Part shown: positions 17,635-28,963 of the stretch, piece after piece
Numbering within the stretch: the first letter of the stretch is position 1
Layout: each line of letters starts with the position of its first letter
Source: Caecitellus pseudoparvulus
Lineage: Eukaryota > Protista > Bigyra: Bicosoecida
Direction: 5' to 3'
Assembly: GCA_965644315.1 (NCBI GenBank)
Contig: CBFFRQ010000089.1
Span: 558,001-622,000, forward strand
Length of the DNA stretch: 64,000 nt
Notes under the pieces: generated by a model
Seen by the model: the letters and a program-made list of their open reading frames with translations, nothing else
What the model was told of the DNA's origin: nothing
The model's database searches: none
Program-made: the position numbers and the translations under genes

Positions 17635-19635
17635 TCACGGATCAGGCGAAGGCACGGCAGGGGGGTCCAAATACACGACCTTGTTGTTGGTACCAGGCCC
17701 GCACAGGCACGTCTGCTCTTTTTCTCGAGGTTGAAGGTGAAACTGCTTGCCAGGAAACGGTTTGAAGCGCCCCCTCGTGCGCTGGCATGTCTTCTCCGGC
17801 CAGTACAGGACTGGCAACCCCTGCTCCCTCCTTTGAGCGAACGTCAGTGCGCCATTCTGGCGCTGGGGTGGATACGAAGTGTGGTCCATGCTGTGCAGAT
17901 TCACCATGAAGAGCATGTCTGCCCGGCTGAACGGATTGCCATGTGATAGACCAACGCATGAGCCCAGGTGCTGGTTGGCATCCACGACCGCAGACTGGAA
18001 GCAGCGCGCAGAGGCAACATCCAACTCTGCGCCGGACACGTGGCGCTCAGGGTCCGGAGCAAGCTTCACATTCGCAAGCTGCACTGCGATGCTGCACAGG
18101 CCATCTTTCTTGGGCACAGACCAAAATATGCCGCGGAGGTAGGTGAGCAGCTGCCCGTGTTCGGCGCCGGGCATGACAACCACTGCATCTGCATCCAGGT
18201 AGCCTGCTATGTCAAACAGCCCGAATGCAGCGACCCCCATGAGTTGCCCCCACACATACTGACCCTTCTGTGACATTCTGCGCAACTGGTCTGCGCGATC
18301 GTCCCACACAGACATGACCAACTGCACACCCGACGCCACAAGAACCTCGTCCACTGTGCGGCAGGGCTGGCCACCGCCGGCCTGTGAGCACTTCGGCGGC
18401 AAAGGAACACGTCCACTGTCCGCTGAACCCAGCACAGGGTCAATGGCTTGCGTCAACAAGTCTTGGAGGTAAGCAGCACTGTCATCAGCTTGGGATGCCA
18501 TGACGCCGATGACGCGAGCGGAGCCAGGGCCCTGCCAGGCTTGCAAGAGTAAATCTCCCAGCAATCGCGGGTGGGCGCCACCGCGAGGGTTTCCGGGCTC
18601 GGACCAAATGGGACCGTTGCCAATGATGAGTGAAGGCTGCTTGGGAGTGCTGGTGAGTCGACAGAGTCCAAGACCGTCCTGCACACAAGCGGCGGCCTGC
18701 CGCACAATGCCGTGCCGGCTGGACGCCCAAGCTGTTGAGGAAAACGCAGCCTTCCAAGGCAAAGACGCTTGCACTTGAAATGGGGCCACTGAAGTTTGAT
18801 CAATGCCTTTGGGGCAGTCATAGTAGCACACCCAAGGCAAGAAGAACTGAATGTTGAGGCGGAGGTCCACAGATTGCGCCAACGTGCGCAGCGCCCCACA
18901 CGTGGATGCAGGGTGGGAAGGGAGGATCACAGTGGCCACTACGGGGAAGGTGTCGTTGTTCGGGAAGTGCGCGGTGACGGAGCGCCGCTGCACTCCTGCG
19001 TGCTCCGTGCACGGCGCGATGCTTGCTACCGCTGAAGGCAGGCACGCCTGTCCACCACTCACGACACATCCAGGGGCACCACTGCACCACGGAATCGTAT
19101 CGGCTGTTTTCAGCTGGGCGCACAGTTGCACCTCAGACGGCCGGCGAAGGAAGACGAAGTCCACCTTTGCTGCTGTTAGCGGGGCCACCGCAAAGAACGC
19201 GGAAACAGCACAGCCTGGTGAGTTCAAGGCGGCCTCAGGGAAAGTCTCTGCGTGAAAGTCTGCCTCCCACTGCACTTGCTCTGCTGCTGTCTTGAAGCGC
19301 TGGTCCACAGCCAGCGCCATTGCACGGACATGGATCTTGCCTGGGGCAAGCGGGGGCGCTGGCTTGCCGTCCGAGAGCGACACCTGGACTGGAGTGGACA
19401 AGGAAAGCGGCTCATCGGGCAAGGTCTCCAGCCACAACTTCAGAGACTGCGTTCGTTGTGCTGTGGGAAGGTGCGTGAAGGGGCTGTTTGTCCCAGACGC
19501 ATTCGAGTATGGCGGAGGAACAGCCAAGCCACCCGCAAGCAATGCGGGCCCCCAGAAAGCTTGAGTAACCGCCACAAGGACGCAGCCACTAGCCACTATG
19601 ATGGCGGCAACCTTTGCGGGGCCAACTTGAATCAT
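17635..19635 (-). CDS. Hypothetical protein with N-terminal signal anchor (666 aa)
   Basis: Long ORF with hydrophobic VAAIIVASGCVLVAV near the N-terminus, N-glycosylation sequons and Cys. No family confidently recognised. Confidence 0.7.
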   Translation of the reverse strand: MIQVGPAKVAAIIVASGCVLVAVTQAFWGPALLAGGLAVPPPYSNASGTNSPFTHLPTAQRTQSLKLWLETLPDEPLSLSTPVQVSLSDGKPAPPLAPGKIHVRAMALAVDQRFKTAAEQVQWEADFHAETFPEAALNSPGCAVSAFFAVAPLTAAKVDFVFLRRPSEVQLCAQLKTADTIPWCSGAPGCVVSGGQACLPSAVASIAPCTEHAGVQRRSVTAHFPNNDTFPVVATVILPSHPASTCGALRTLAQSVDLRLNIQFFLPWVCYYDCPKGIDQTSVAPFQVQASLPWKAAFSSTAWASSRHGIVRQAAACVQDGLGLCRLTSTPKQPSLIIGNGPIWSEPGNPRGGAHPRLLGDLLLQAWQGPGSARVIGVMASQADDSAAYLQDLLTQAIDPVLGSADSGRVPLPPKCSQAGGGQPCRTVDEVLVASGVQLVMSVWDDRADQLRRMSQKGQYVWGQLMGVAAFGLFDIAGYLDADAVVVMPGAEHGQLLTYLRGIFWSVPKKDGLCSIAVQLANVKLAPDPERHVSGAELDVASARCFQSAVVDANQHLGSCVGLSHGNPFSRADMLFMVNLHSMDHTSYPPQRQNGALTFAQRREQGLPVLYWPEKTCQRTRGRFKPFPGKQFHLQPREKEQTCLCGPGTNNKVVYLDPPAVPSPDP

Positions 19636-20371
19636 GCTCTGTGATGTAGGCAAGGAGCCGCAACTCTTGGTGGTGGAATGAGCCGACGCCGGGTGCGAAG
19701 AGCTGACTGCTCACTCTTGCCTGGGCTCCGCGAGCTTCGACCTTGAGGCGGGCTAGATTGGTAACTTAAGAAGTGCTGCAGTACGCATCACACAGCCAAT
19801 AGCTGGAGTTCGGCAGGCAGCAGCTGGCCGTGAACCAAAGCAAGGGCTTCGCTCGTTGCGGAAATTGGTTCAAACCAAACACAAAATGGCTCTTCTTCCA
19901 GTGGTTTCTGCACGTAAGCGTGATTCAAAGCAAGACGAACACAAAACATACATTTAACACAACTCTCTTCACTTGTTTCTTCTTGGATTAGTGTTCGGAG
20001 AAGATATGGTAAGAGGCAGTTCCAATGGCGAGAGTGCTAAACCGGTATGCGGCGTACACGTCTGCATTGCCGGGTGCCAGCACTGCCAGGGGTCAAGCAA
20101 CTCCCCTTCTAGCACACGTGTAGTCCGGGGTGGTGAATGCCTGCGCCCTACTTCCATCTTGCACCGTTGTTGCCTGCTCACGGCCATGTGCAATGTGCGT
20201 GGAGCTTAGACAAAGATAGAAAACCTTCTTGCCTGTCTGATGAACAAGTAAATATTTCGCTTTCGTGCCATTCAATTGTTCAGATTGCCAAACAAAAACT
20301 ACTTCGCTTGAGTATATGCCACCACCTATACACTTCAATGCCCCGAATGTCACCATCTTGAAAGGGGCAGC

Positions 20372-21197
20372 ATGGAAGACTTACAAGATGTGCCGCTCGC
20401 CCAGCGCGTTGCTGCAGTGGAGACTGGCTTCGGCCGAGGGCGGGGAATGAAGCGCCAACGAGCCAACGATGCAGCTCCGAAGGGAAGGAAAGACAGGAAC
20501 GCACCAATGGAAGTATCATCGAAGCGTAGGGTTCCATTGGTGTCCCAGGAGAAGCAGCGCGCCGCACCAAAGGCTCGAGGTGAGGCTGCGGAAATTGGTT
20601 CCGGCACAGAAACCTGACGGCTCATGTACGGGCCTGTGCGTCGACACAGACCCACGCTTTGACTCAACCGCTGGAACCTTTAAGGAAGAGCATTTTAGAA
20701 AGGCCTATGGCTTTGTGGATGACTTGCGCGTGCGTGTGTGGGACACGGGCCCAGCTGCAGAGTGCTTGCCTCGCCTGTGAGCGCCATGAACGCACTGCTT
20801 GACTGCCGACTGCTTGGCGCAGAATGCCGAGTTCAAGGAGCTTGCAAAAAAGTCCCGTAAAACAAAGGATCCTGAGCAGCGGCGGGTGTTGCAGTACCAA
20901 ATGTCTCGGCTGAAGCAGGCAGTGGTGGAAGGCAAGCGAGGTGACGTGGCTCGGGAGGCGTTGGCCAAGGCACGCAAAGCAGAGCGCGAGGCTGTGGCAG
21001 CTGGCAAGCGAGCGTACTACATGAAGTCCAAGGACTCCAAGGCACTGGTGCGCTCCGAGCAGATGGCAGCTCTGCGGGCGGAGGGTGGCGAGAAGGCTGT
21101 GAAGCGCTTTGAGACCAAGGTTGAGTTGAGGAAAGGCAAGCGGGGAGGGCGTAAGCCCAAGCTGGGCGGTGGCGGAGGAGCAAAACGTGCCCTGTGA
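20372..21197 (+). CDS. RRP36: rRNA biogenesis protein RRP36 (2 introns)
   Basis: APMEVSSKRRV, R-DPRFD...FRKAYGFVDDLR, EREAVAAGKRAYYMK. Introns 20580-20649 and 20730-20822. Confidence 0.9.
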
Positions 21198-21215
21198 AAT
21201 CCACATGCAATGTAT

Positions 21216-23250
21216 TTAGCTGGATGCCACGATGCCGCGTGCAGCCCTGCTCCTGCGCCGGCTGCGGGAGTGGTGCGGATCAGGCCGCCGGGTGTGGCGT
21301 GCGTGCCTGGGTCCGCCCCGAGCCCGCCCCAAACCATCGCCTGGGACAGCTACCGCATGCCCAGGAAAGGTGACGGCATCTCCAAACACCCAGGCTTGCA
21401 CCTGGGCAGGGAGATAGATGCTCCGCAGCAACCAGGGCCAGGCCAGGCATTCCGCAGGCAAAATGCCGTCAGCCAGAGCGCAGAGAATGCCCGAGACACC
21501 CCCTGGAGGCGGGTCAGTGGAAGAGCTTGTCCCCGCAGTCGAGGTCAGCAGGGGCAAGTGGTACGGCTGGCGCCACCACTGCCAGTGCAGCTGCCCCGCT
21601 TTGATGGCTGCATGCAAGCGCCATTTGTGGCTGGCTTGCGTTTCATGGTGTGACAAGTGGGCCTGGAACCAGCGGAAACCACTTCCAAAGAAGTACTGTC
21701 GTACCCTCTCTGCCAGTCCATGGGGCACAGGGCAGGGAAGGTGGGTTCCAGGCACCAGCAGCGCGCAGGACCTGAGTGGGGGCAGAAGCCGGTCAGGAGA
21801 CAGCCCTCTCCCTCCCTCCAAGCGCCGGCAGGCAGTCAAGTACAGCCGAAGGTGCTGCCTCACAACTGCAGCAAAGGCTCCTGGATCGTAGCTGAGTGGG
21901 TCATGCGCAGTGGTCGCTTCATCATGGCTGACCAGGTCGAAAGGTGGAACTGCCGGTGGCTCCTGCTCTGGAGCGACGATGGGCAGGTAGGAGATGGTCA
22001 CAGCGTGCGTGAGCTGGGTTAGCAAGCGAAAAGCATGCACACCCACAGGCACGCTTTCCCACGATTCCGAGGCATGCCGCCAGTGGTATGTGATGGCAAT
22101 TGGCTGCACTGTGCTGCTTGTAAAGAATGCGCCCCGCCGAAACTGCATCACATCGCTGCCATTCGTCGTTGTGCCCTCGGCAAACACCAAGAGGGGAGGC
22201 GAGACGTCATCGAGGCCCACCCAGCCATGAGCGGCGAGCCAGGGCCACACGCTAGCGTGCATGGCACCAAGCCAACCTTGCTTGGGCAGGGCGTCGACGC
22301 TGCCCGACCCGCCTGCGCGCAAGTGCTTTGCGTCGCGTGCGAGCCGTTCCTGGCGAGCAATTATCTCCGACACCGCACTTCTGGGTGCTGCCTCTCTCTG
22401 TTGCTTCGGGAGGAAGGCATCATCAGCTGCCCGAGCAATGCGCCATACTGCACTAAACCAGTCCCACGTGAAGTCCGAAGGGCTGGCTTGGGCGCGGCTG
22501 GTAGGCGGGGTCTTCTGCTCCTCTTCGGCAGCTTGCCCCTGACTGGTGGCGCCCTTCACAAAGATGCAGCCCAAAGCAGATGCAATGTAGCCGACCAACG
22601 GAACGTCCTGCGTTGCAGCCTGGCGGGGCAGCACGAGAGTGTGCATGGGCTCATGACTCTCACAGCCACGAACAAAACAACTTTTCTCACCTTAGCCACA
22701 AACGCGGGCAGGTCCAGCGCCATCATGACAAGGATGTCGAGGTGGGCAATGTGGTTGGCGATGAGGGTACGGGCACGGTCCTGGGCGGGCAGGCAGGAGA
22801 GTGAGCGTGGCACCTCGGCTGGCAAGCCAAGCTGCGCTGCCGCACGTACATCTCGTTTTCCCCGCACTTCCACCCACACAAACCCAAGCACGAGGAGCAG
22901 CACGGCGCTGCACGCCTTGCCCACCATGCGGTGCACGAGCAGCGGTAGCCCAGAAGGCCTGGCTGCACCGCCGACAAGGACGCGTGAGAGGAGCGCATAT
23001 ACCACTATGATGCATGCAATGCCGATTAAGCGCAGGGGGAGAATGGTGAGGGTGGCAAGGCACGTCTGCAAGGGTCACGAGGAAGTGGAGGTACGCCAGC
23101 ACACGCTTGCCGCCGTGGCATGGCTCCGGGCATGGTGGACAGCCTACTCACCTTGCACAGCTCAAACGCTGTCCAAGGTGGGGTTGGATGAAGGAAAAGG
23201 CGATCCCTCTCAGTGAATACTGCGCTGCGCGCAGTATGCAAGCGGTTCAT
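21216..23250 (-). CDS. Lysophospholipid acyltransferase (LPCAT/LPEAT-like, PlsC family), 2 introns
   Basis: Motif I NHIAHLD, FVAK, motif III FAEGTTTNG, FRRGAF...VQP. Introns 23066-23151 and 22620-22690. Confidence 0.88.
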
Positions 23251-23528
23251 TGCGGCAGGCAAGGCTGACGCCAGTCGACACGCGCGGGCAAAGTCCGCGT
23301 GTCCCAACGGTGTTGCAGCAAAACCAGCAAGGCGGAAGAAAACCACAGCAGTGCGACCGTGCAGCAGGTCGAAGCAGATTGTTCAGCAGCCCCGATTGCT
23401 GTGCAGCGCTGTCGCCTTTGCCGCGCCAGGATATCGAATTCCGCACAGCAACTGACTTGCCTTGAACGCCCGAACCGCTCACGTTGCTCGTGATTCAAAC
23501 TAGTACCAGTGGAGACCAAGAGTTAATC

Positions 23529-23880
23529 ATGTCAGCCACATCTCTCACGGACGCCAACCAGCTGAAGGAAATCCGAGAGCACCGTAAGTTGGTTCGCAAC
23601 GGCAGAAACGCGTCTTGGCAAGCTCCGTGCTCGCGCGGTCCCTTGCCCTGCAGCTGAGACCCAGGCAATGTTCCCCGATGAATTGAAGACCCGATTTCTA
23701 AAGGGGGCCCCAGCTGCGCACGTGAGAGACTACCTGGCTGAGCAACTGTTGAAGCGTGAGTGAGGCGAGCGGGGCTCCGAAGAAGCACACTTTTCCATCC
23801 ACCCTCCACACCATCGCGACACAGAGCACCAGAAGCAGGAGAAAAAACAAGCTCAAGCGGTGGCAGCTGCCCTAGATGAA
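23529..23880 (+). CDS. Unannotated 70-aa three-exon microprotein
   Basis: Exons 23529-23583, 23654-23755, 23825-23880; introns GTAAGT..CAG (70 nt) and GTGAGT..CAG (69 nt). The spliced frame is open: MSATSLTDANQLKEIREHPETQAMFPDELKTRFLKGAPAAHVRDYLAEQLLKQHQKQEKKTSSSGGSCPR*. Confidence 0.72.
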
Positions 23881-23904
23881 GACGACTGGATGCATGCATG
23901 AAGC

Positions 23905-26900
23905 CTACTGGAAGACAGGGTCAGGCACAATGCCCTCCCCTGTGGTCATGGACGGTCGAAGGTCAAACTCCTGCAGGAGGCCAGTAGGATACAGCACCAG
24001 GCGCCTGAGCTGGCACCAGGCCACCTCGCTTTGCCCAGCTGCAGCAACGAGGGCATCCAACACGGCTGCTTCTTCAGGCAGCCACTCCCGAGGCTCCCGT
24101 GGCTCACTCGCCCGGTGCATGAGGTTCCAGGCTCGGTGGTACATGTGCCGCAGGCCGGGAAAGGTGGCCATGTACCACCGAGCATTGGCGGACGCGGAGC
24201 CAACCCATACATCACTCCACCAGCGCTGGGAGCAAGGGTCAAACGCTGCCACCTTGCGAACTGCATCGGGCAGCACACCCTCCCAGCCCAAGTGCTCCGC
24301 CCATAATCGGCACCTCAGGCTGCGCACGTGAGGGCAGCACACCCAAGGCGAGCCACCGACTGATGCGACGGCGGAGCCTGGCACAGCAGTGTCTTGGACT
24401 GCTCCCCCCATGGCGGCTTGCGCCTCTGCGCTCCACATTTGGGGTGGGAGGGATGAGAACAAGCAGGCAAACTCTGAGTCACGGTCCCCTTTCATGCTGC
24501 GGTCGTTCACGTTGGCGCTGCCGACTACACCGACACGGTCATCGACAAGGAATACCTTGCTGTGGATGTAGATTTGTTCCGAAACGAGCCGGTCCCCGCG
24601 GGGTGCGACGGCACGCACGGAGGTGAAGGAGATGTGCCGCGACACAAGGGTGTGCAGGTCGGGGAACGTGCCGCCTGAGGCGCCAGGGCCAGCTTTGAAG
24701 GCCAGCGGCGCATGGTGCGCCAAGGCACCCAAGATAGATGCCACATGAGGTGTGTCCCTGCACAAGGTGGACAGCTGGTGGTGCAGCACTGCTTGCACTG
24801 CGCGTGTGGTGTATGGGCAGCCGTCCGGGTGGTGCGGCACGAGCAAGTACACCCGGAAGTCTACATCCCCTTCAAAGACAGCGCGGAGGATGCGGCGCAC
24901 AAGCACTTCTGCGATTCGGTTGTGTCGCCTGTCCCTGCTCCACAGACCACTGGCCATGCTGGAGCCGAGCAGCCCCATCACGGAGCTGGAGCCTGCTTCG
25001 GGGGATATTGGCAGTCGGTGATCCGGCGAGGTTTCGCCTGTTCCTCCATACGGTACCTGGCTTGACGGTTGAAGTCCCATGCCCTCGGATGGCTGCAGGC
25101 GACCTGCTGCATCGATGGGGGGGTTCGGCATCCCTGACTTACCCGCCCCATCTGCAGGTTTCACGCCAGTGGAGGAGATGAAGAATTGGTTCTCAATGTA
25201 CACATACTTTCGGGATGCCTGAATCATGTCGCACACTGCCGTGTGCACGCTGCTCTCTGTGAGGGGCAGCCCGTAGGACCATGAGGAGGCGGAGCGCAAG
25301 GCTTGTGCCAGAACGGGCGGCCGAGGGGCGTCGCCGCCTCCAGCCTGCCCCGCAAGCAGTTCTGGGGACAAGTACTGCCCAAAGGTCGAAGCAAAAGCAC
25401 TCGGCAACTCATGCGCGACGGCAGCCTCCATGGCGGGGCGGGGCATGTTCGATGGGGGGGGCGCCGCTGGGTCTCCGACACCTGTCGGCAATCCTCCCTC
25501 CGTTGGTGCCACTGAGAATGCGTCGCTATCTGTGGAGTCAGCAGCCGCGACGCTGTACACGGAAGAGCTGGCAGCGTGGGAGGGTGCCAAGGATGCCGCA
25601 TCGTCGGCGTCGTCGCCAGGCAGGGCGCAAGGAGGTGGCGCCTGGGGCCCTGCACTTTCGCCTTCGACTGCCGCAGACGTGGCGGGGCGGCCCTCTTCAC
25701 GAGCTGCGGCACTGGCCACCGCAAACGCGATACCCCCTTCCCCCTCTGTGTCGCTGGCCGTGTCCTCATTTTGTGCTTCTGCGTCAGTCGGGTCTGCGTC
25801 GGGTTCCTGTGGCGCAGCACTCGTGCCCCCTGTCTCTCCCTGAGGCGCAGCGAACCAAGGCGACATGACGAGGGGGTGCGGCTTCACTGTGGAGCCGTCA
25901 GCTTGTGTGGTGGACACGAAGCTAGCGGCATCTGTTCCAACACCCTCTGCCAGCCCAGCGTTGCCGCCCACCCGGCCTGCTTGGGCGTCGTGCCCAGGCA
26001 AGGGCAGCGCCCAAGCTGGCAAGGTTGCTACCAGCGTGCCAGCCCCCTGGATTCGTTTGAACATGCGGTGGATGGAGGCAGCTTTGGTGACCAGGCGCTG
26101 TGCGTGAGAGGGCAGGTCACCACCCTCCCTGGGCATGGGGATGGGGGGAGGCGGCTCCGCCCACCAGCTGCCGATGTCGGTGGCGGGGAGGAGGGGGGGC
26201 AGCACAGTGGTCTTGCCCTTCGCGAACAGGTGGTGGTTCCATCGCTGGACGAAGGCAAACCCGACATCAATGGCTGTCTGTCCGCCGACGGCCACAGCCA
26301 CATCGTGCCAAGGCATTCGAATGTGCCACTCATCCTCGCCACCCACTGGCTGGCGCTCCGCGACAACCCCTCCTGGCACAGCAGACCCGCCCACGGCAGA
26401 CATGCGCATGGCCGTTGGGTCAAACAGCTTCACGAAGTCGTCGGGAGTGCTGGGGAGGGGGCCTTCAGCGCTGTCATCGCTGGCGCCTGCAGGGCCACCT
26501 CCGCCTTCCTCAGGAGAGCCGGCACCGCCTACAGCCGCACTTTGCTGGGCTGCAGGCAAAAAGGGAGCCAGGGCTGGAGAGGTCAGCGAGCAGACAGAGC
26601 CAGCGGTCCACTCTCCCGGCTGCTCTGCGCCATGCTCCTTGCGCTCAGGCACCCGCCAGGGCAGGGGGGGGCAAAATGCGCCGCGTGGGCAGCTCGCCCG
26701 CTCCCTGCTCGCCTGCCTCGCGTCACCAGAATCCAGAGCAGTTGCTGCATCCATCATGGGGTTGTTTACATCGTACGATGCAACAGGGGGGGGGGCTGCT
26801 GCGGGCCAGTCGCCTTGCTGAGCCTGGGTGGACCCCATGCCGTGCGCGCAATCGTCGAAGCGCCCCGTGGCAATGTCAATGCCCCCCACAAAGGCGACGC

Positions 26901-28698
26901 GCTGGTCCACCACCGCGACTTTGTCATGGTGGCTCCAAAACAGGGACCCATGCCCGAGGGTGTAGTGGTCCGGGTGCCGCATGACGTGGATGCGCCGGGA
27001 TGCGGGGTGCGACGCACGGAACAGCCGTTCCAGGCGCAGCTTGGCGGCATTGCTCTTGTTTTTTGGCAGTGCAGAAGGCACTTCCTTGTACAGCAATACG
27101 TAGATATTCACCCCTGCAAGTGCTCTCTCGCGAATGATGTCCAGGAGGGACAGCTGGACGGCCGGGGCGCCGGGGTCGGCCGATACCTGCCGGATAAGCG
27201 GATACTCAGGAATGATCCACCACCCAGCCAAGAAGATCTCGCGACGGGCGCACATGAGCGCAGCAGCCAGGGCAGCAAAGTATTCCCGCCCATTCAGCAG
27301 AGGCATCAGAGGGCAGCCCAAGCGCAGGGGAGCGAACGACCCATGCATGTGCCTTGGCGGCTGCATCTCTGGCTGGCGCTGCACGGAGTGCGCGAGGGCG
27401 GTGGCGGCGGAGACCATGCGACCACTGCCGCCCTGCATGGCAGCAAAGGGGGCTTGCTCGTGGGCTGCGGGCGAGGAGGGCGACGGCAGAGGCACCCCTT
27501 GCTGCGCCATACTTGGTGCAGGCAGCAGGCTGCGGTCGGCCACGCTTTCTGCCTGAGAGCAGTGCAAGTGCAGGCGGTGCGCCATGTCCGGGTGCAGGCA
27601 GTCCATGAAGTTGAACTCTGCGTGAGCATGGGAAAATACAGCTGGCGCCTGGGACTGGCCTCGGGGCGTGAAAGTGTGCCCCAAGGCAGCGTGTGCGGGT
27701 GGGGGCAGCCCGACGGACTGCATCGCCGCCACGGCTGCCGGCGAGTGTGGCACGTTGGGAGCCGTTCGTGCGAGGACAAACATGTCTGCCGTTGTGGAGT
27801 CGGGGGCAGGCACCCGCAGCCCGTTGGGCAGCACGTGCAGCGTCGACTTGCGCTGGACGATGTTGTGCAAGCCGTACGCCTGCTGCAGCGCTACGATCCA
27901 CGTGCCCAGGGACATGGCGTCAGGCGCCCACAGCACCATGGATCGGGAGCGGTTGGACAGCATGAACTTGCGTTCCCCATACCTGCCTCGCAGACAAAGG
28001 GCATCATCAGCCTCGAGGACACCTCGCAGTTCTAGCTCGACGCCGCTGTTAGCAGCCAGTCCATCGCTCTCATCCAGCATCTCGGTGCTGTCGGGGATGA
28101 TGCCGAAATACTCTGCACGGTACTTGTGGTGTGTGCGACGGTACCAGGCGAGGCCACAGTCCTTCACGGCAAACCACCGCCACTTAGAGGTGGTGAAAAG
28201 GGGCTTGGACATGGTGAAGCGCCCGCCCGTCTCCTTCCACAGCCAGCCCTCTTTGCCCTTGCGCAACCCAGACAAGGCGCGGTGGAAGGAAATGCCTGGG
28301 GACACCTCGAAAAACTCACACATGGCCGCTGAAGCGTTTACCCAGGCTTGCTCCGTGCTCACGAGGTGGGCGAGGAAGTGCTGCAGGTGTGCGACGCGCT
28401 CGGCAACGAGCGTCGGCTTCGTTTTGGACGTGAACCACGGAGCTTTTGGCAAGGCTTCCAAGCCAGTGGGGCGGTATGCTGGGGTAGCACTTCGCACAGC
28501 TCCATGCAGCCTCTTCATTTGGGAGTAGCGCTTTCGAAGGCTCCATTCGAAGCCTCGATAGGCCACCTGAATCTGGTACACTGTGCAGCCGCCATCCTTC
28601 CAAAAGTAAGCGCCGACAATGCGACAGCGGACACACTTGGGGTCTTCCGGCAGTGGTGGTGGATCAGGCAGGCTCAGTGTGCTGCTTCGCCCCCCCAT
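23905..28698 (-). CDS. PLD: PX-PH phospholipase D (PLD1/Spo14/PLDzeta type), about 1597 aa
   Basis: PX (KRYSQMKRLH), PH (KEGWLWK...RWFAVKD), HKD1 HHDKVAVVD, RMPWHDV, YVYIENQFFIS, HKD2 IYIHSKVFLVDD...GSANVNDRS. First in-frame ATG gives MGGRSS. Confidence 0.94.
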   Translation of the reverse strand: MGGRSSTLSLPDPPPLPEDPKCVRCRIVGAYFWKDGGCTVYQIQVAYRGFEWSLRKRYSQMKRLHGAVRSATPAYRPTGLEALPKAPWFTSKTKPTLVAERVAHLQHFLAHLVSTEQAWVNASAAMCEFFEVSPGISFHRALSGLRKGKEGWLWKETGGRFTMSKPLFTTSKWRWFAVKDCGLAWYRRTHHKYRAEYFGIIPDSTEMLDESDGLAANSGVELELRGVLEADDALCLRGRYGERKFMLSNRSRSMVLWAPDAMSLGTWIVALQQAYGLHNIVQRKSTLHVLPNGLRVPAPDSTTADMFVLARTAPNVPHSPAAVAAMQSVGLPPPAHAALGHTFTPRGQSQAPAVFSHAHAEFNFMDCLHPDMAHRLHLHCSQAESVADRSLLPAPSMAQQGVPLPSPSSPAAHEQAPFAAMQGGSGRMVSAATALAHSVQRQPEMQPPRHMHGSFAPLRLGCPLMPLLNGREYFAALAAALMCARREIFLAGWWIIPEYPLIRQVSADPGAPAVQLSLLDIIRERALAGVNIYVLLYKEVPSALPKNKSNAAKLRLERLFRASHPASRRIHVMRHPDHYTLGHGSLFWSHHDKVAVVDQRVAFVGGIDIATGRFDDCAHGMGSTQAQQGDWPAAAPPPVASYDVNNPMMDAATALDSGDARQASRERASCPRGAFCPPLPWRVPERKEHGAEQPGEWTAGSVCSLTSPALAPFLPAAQQSAAVGGAGSPEEGGGGPAGASDDSAEGPLPSTPDDFVKLFDPTAMRMSAVGGSAVPGGVVAERQPVGGEDEWHIRMPWHDVAVAVGGQTAIDVGFAFVQRWNHHLFAKGKTTVLPPLLPATDIGSWWAEPPPPIPMPREGGDLPSHAQRLVTKAASIHRMFKRIQGAGTLVATLPAWALPLPGHDAQAGRVGGNAGLAEGVGTDAASFVSTTQADGSTVKPHPLVMSPWFAAPQGETGGTSAAPQEPDADPTDAEAQNEDTASDTEGEGGIAFAVASAAAREEGRPATSAAVEGESAGPQAPPPCALPGDDADDAASLAPSHAASSSVYSVAAADSTDSDAFSVAPTEGGLPTGVGDPAAPPPSNMPRPAMEAAVAHELPSAFASTFGQYLSPELLAGQAGGGDAPRPPVLAQALRSASSWSYGLPLTESSVHTAVCDMIQASRKYVYIENQFFISSTGVKPADGAGKSGMPNPPIDAAGRLQPSEGMGLQPSSQVPYGGTGETSPDHRLPISPEAGSSSVMGLLGSSMASGLWSRDRRHNRIAEVLVRRILRAVFEGDVDFRVYLLVPHHPDGCPYTTRAVQAVLHHQLSTLCRDTPHVASILGALAHHAPLAFKAGPGASGGTFPDLHTLVSRHISFTSVRAVAPRGDRLVSEQIYIHSKVFLVDDRVGVVGSANVNDRSMKGDRDSEFACLFSSLPPQMWSAEAQAAMGGAVQDTAVPGSAVASVGGSPWVCCPHVRSLRCRLWAEHLGWEGVLPDAVRKVAAFDPCSQRWWSDVWVGSASANARWYMATFPGLRHMYHRAWNLMHRASEPREPREWLPEEAAVLDALVAAAGQSEVAWCQLRRLVLYPTGLLQEFDLRPSMTTGEGIVPDPVFQ

Positions 28699-28963
28699 AC
28701 CATCAGGGGCAGCGCGTGAAACTTTCCCGGCACTGTCCTCGGCCTGAGCAAATTCCGCACCACCCTGGGGTGCGCCGTCGCTTTCTGCTGCCCAGGCTCG
28801 GCACCGAGTGCAGTACCACGTCCAGGTGCACAGCAAGGAAACACTTTGAATTGTTTTTGAGGGTACAGTATCACGAGCACAAATGCTGCGGGCTTGTCCT
28901 CCACGCTGGCCACGCTTCCCCCCCGCACGAGTTTGGCCTGAGAGAGACCCCTCGCACGGGCGG

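Noticed and set aside
19975-20260. Resemblance to RNase MRP (AGTTCCA/TGGAGCT pairing, GAGAG loop), U1 (CATTGCAC on the - strand) or TPP riboswitch (AATGCCTGCG)
   Set aside because: Each lacks essential elements: no GAAAGUC with bulged U, no ACUUACCUG or Sm site, no CUGAGA.
25576-28035. 819-aa + strand ORF and many other long overlapping ORFs (e.g. 22035-23216, 50280-51296)
   Set aside because: Antisense or alternate-frame shadows of well-supported genes in GC-rich DNA; no recognisable motifs.
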